A DNA stretch of 63,510 bases, the filler included, from Octopus bimaculoides (taxonomy: Eukaryota), in the NCBI RefSeq assembly GCF_001194135.2. It is 5 parts of 5 records of this genome, joined end to end, with 100 filler letters (N's around TTAATTAATTAA, not from the genome) between each part and the next. Parts side by side here need not be neighbours in the genome. Positions count along the whole stretch, not along the records: positions 60,967 to 63,510 come from NC_068984.1; 4 more parts are not named here. One strand, written 5' to 3'. The translations under genes and the position numbers were made by a program. Shown piece by piece: positions 61,265 through 63,510 of this stretch (position 1 is its first letter; each line of letters opens with the position of its first letter). The notes below the pieces were generated by a model. The model ran no database searches, was not told the origin of the DNA, and was given only the letters and a program-made list of their open reading frames with translations.

Positions 61265-62489
61265 GGGTCGAAACGATCCTAGTGGTTAATAAAGAATCTC
61301 GTCATTTCCATTTTCTCTTTCTCTCACATGTTGTATGTGTGTGTGTGCGTATTGAATTTCCATGTATATAAGCAATTTATATTATTCTGTTTTTAATTTA
61401 ATTTCGACTCGCTTTTTAACGTTTATATTTCCTGTGAATGGTCAATCGTTTTCATCCAACAGATTGTTGTTATTTTGGAAATTAATAACACCCTATCCGA
61501 TCGGCTTTAAATGTTTATTGCATGAGTTACTAAATAATTATCACTGCGCCGTTTATTAACATTCAGAAACTATCATTTTTTTTTTTTTTTTAAATACTCA
61601 CATTTGTCTGATGATCACTTACGTGAAACTATGAGTAGCAGTCACTGAAGTCTTGTCAGCGTTAATAAAACACCATTTTACTCTACCTTTGGTTTTTCGA
61701 GTGCTAATTTCGCCACTTTGATTTGCAGTTACATGCTTGTATGCGTACGTATGCGTATGTGTGTGTATACATACACACACACATATATACACACAAACAC
61801 AAATGCGTGTATGCTTACATACATACATACATACATGCGCACGTACATGTATGTATGTATATATGTATGAATGTATGTACAAAAAGTAACACACACAAGC
61901 ATATATATGTGTGTGCGTGTGTATAAACATATATNNNNNNNNNNNNNNNNNNNNNNNNNNNNNNNNNNNNNNNNNNNNNNNNNNNNNNNNNNNNNNNNNN
62001 NNNNNNNNNNNNNNNNNNNNNNNNNNNNNNNNNNNNNNNNNNNNNNNNNNNNNNNNNNNNNNNNNNNNNNNNNNNNNNNNNNNNNNNNNNNNNNNNNNNN
62101 NNNNNNNNNNNNNNNNNNNNNNNNNNNNNNNNNNNNNNNNNNNNNNNNNNNNNNNNNNNNNNNNNNNNNNNNNNNNNNNNNNNNNNNNNNNNNNNNNNNN
62201 NNNNNNNNNNNNNNNNNNNNNNNNNNNNNNNNNNNNNNNNNNNNNNNNNNNNNNNNNNNNNNNNNNNNNNNNNNNNNNNNNNNNNNNNNNNNNNNNNNNN
62301 NNNNNNNNNNNNNNNNNNNNNNNNNNNNNNNNNNNNNNNNNNNNNNNNNNNNNNNNNNNNNNNNNNNNNNNNACGCAGAATTTACACACACGAAACAGTT
62401 TTTGTACAGGAACACAGTTACACGCACACAACGCGTGCGCACACACACACTCACAGACATTCATTCATATACAGGTACAGTTTCACACT

Positions 62490-62580
62490 TATAAAAACGC
62501 ATACATACTATGAGACAAACACACACTCGATATCGATTGATTTTGAATATTGATCTGGCAATTGATGTTAAAATGGCGGC
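62490..62580 (+). promoter_or_regulatory. Candidate core promoter / translation-start region
   Basis: TATAAAA at 62490-62496, palindrome TCGATATCGA (DRE-like) at 62527-62536, YY1-type AAAATGGCGGC at 62570-62580. Confidence 0.35.
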
Positions 62581-62620
62581 AGAAAATCACTTTGAAGATT
62601 GTTTGGCGAGGAGTAGAGGT
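62573..62620 (+). CDS. Candidate first coding exon, MAAENHFEDCLARSRG, product unknown
   Basis: aaaATGG start context, 16 non-repetitive codons, then GTGAGT at 62621 (alternative donor AG|GTGTGA at 62619); no further exon in the window. Confidence 0.35.
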
Positions 62621-62874
62621 GTGAGTTCGAGGGAGTGATATTGGTGATATTGGTAATATTGGCGATGGCAACGGTTTTGGCAACGATGGAAGTGGTGGTG
62701 GTGGTGGTGGCGGCGTCGGCGTCAGCGGCGGTGGCAGATGTGGTGATGGTGGCAGATGTGGTGATGGTGGAAGATGTGGTGATGGTGATAATTGTTGCTG
62801 TAGTGATTGTAGTGTTGGTGGTTGTGCTGGTTGTGCTGCTGTTGGTGATAATGATGGCTGTTACAATTTTTATT

Positions 62875-63055
62875 GCTTATCCCAAGGTCAGATCTTATCC
62901 AGCAGATATTACCATGAATGAAGTTCCAGTTTTGACCATCCTGCCTGGACTACCCCGCTATTCAACGTGTACTTGGTTTACATTGTTTAAACATAGTGTT
63001 ATATGGCTGTTTTTTCTAGCAGATCAACCGACGACGTATAGGTGCACTCCGACTG
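62875..63055 (+). repeat. Old dispersed repeat family F copy
   Basis: cccaaggtcagatcttatccagcag...gttccagttttgaccatcc...ggctgttttttctagcagatcaaccgac. Confidence 0.5.
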
Positions 63056-63324
63056 GCTGGCTCTGGGATAGATTTGGTATTGGTGGTTGTGGTAGTGGTA
63101 CTGTTTAAAGCAACTTTAATGGTGTGAGCTGTTGTGAGGTTGGTAGCAGTGTTAACAGTTGTTAGTTGTATTAATCGTGGGGCAGTTTCAGTTTTCGTAG
63201 TAGTTGTTGTGGGTTTGGTGATAGTAGTGCTTGTGTTGTTGGTGGTAATTGCAGTATTAGTCGTTGCTGTGGTTTGGGCGGTAGTTGTAGTGTCTGTGGT
63301 TGTTGTTAGTAGTACTGGTAAGGT

Positions 63325-63510
63325 TTTTTGTGGTAGTGGTAGTGGTAGTGGTTGTAGTGTTTTTTGTGGTAGTGGTAGTGGTAGTGGTAGTGGTTGTAGT
63401 GTTTTTTGTGGTAGTGGTAGTGGTATTGGTAGTGGTAGTGGTAGTGGTTGTAGTGTTTTTTGTGGTAGTGGTAGTGGTAGTGGTTGTAGTGTTTTTTGTG
63501 GTAGTGGTAG
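63325..63510. repeat. Minisatellite (GTAGTG)n-GTTGTAGTGTTTTTTGTG, variable 30-48-bp units
   Basis: About five near-perfect units, running off the window end. Confidence 0.9.

Noticed and set aside
2276-62513. Long ORFs in the track containing X runs or YI/CV/HT/LS/ER repeats
   Set aside because: They are translations of N-gaps and dinucleotide microsatellites, not genes
62635-63108. 157-aa hydrophobic plus-strand ORF (MILVILVIL...)
   Set aside because: Val/Met-rich translation of GGT/GAT low-complexity DNA plus a family F repeat
1-63510. CRISPR arrays, operons, rRNA genes or other prokaryote-type systems
   Set aside because: No regularly spaced repeat-spacer array, rRNA-like sequence or gene-dense segment; all recurring motifs are dispersed eukaryotic repeats

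Overview
Repeat-saturated, AT-rich animal genomic DNA. The SINE, RTE-LINE and microsatellite landscape points to an octopus/coleoid cephalopod genome (inference from repeat types, not a database hit). No complete host gene is visible, and almost all ORF-track entries are artefacts of microsatellites and N-runs. Four identical 100-bp N44-TTAATTAATTAA-N44 linkers are artificial joins, so the window comprises at least five segments whose adjacency is unproven. Supported content: (1) dozens of tRNA-derived SINEs of at least four families (my labels A-D); (2) decayed LINEs of three clades: a ~3.9-kb RTE with a C4HC3 PHD finger inside its RT ORF, a second RTE, Expander-like RTE tails, an L1/Tx1 tail and an R4/Dong fragment; (3) DNA transposons: a DD36E Tc1 fragment, a mariner end, a 9-bp-TSD MITE, a 127-bp TA-TSD MITE nested in another MITE, and a Helitron/HINE-like element. 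Most worth following up: several hammerhead-ribozyme-like motifs (best at 7610-7657 and 29954-29989, both with core lesions), modular or chimeric SINEs, long inverted repeats that could form dsRNA, and a candidate first coding exon with promoter motifs at 62490-62626. I found no convincing wholly new multi-gene system.
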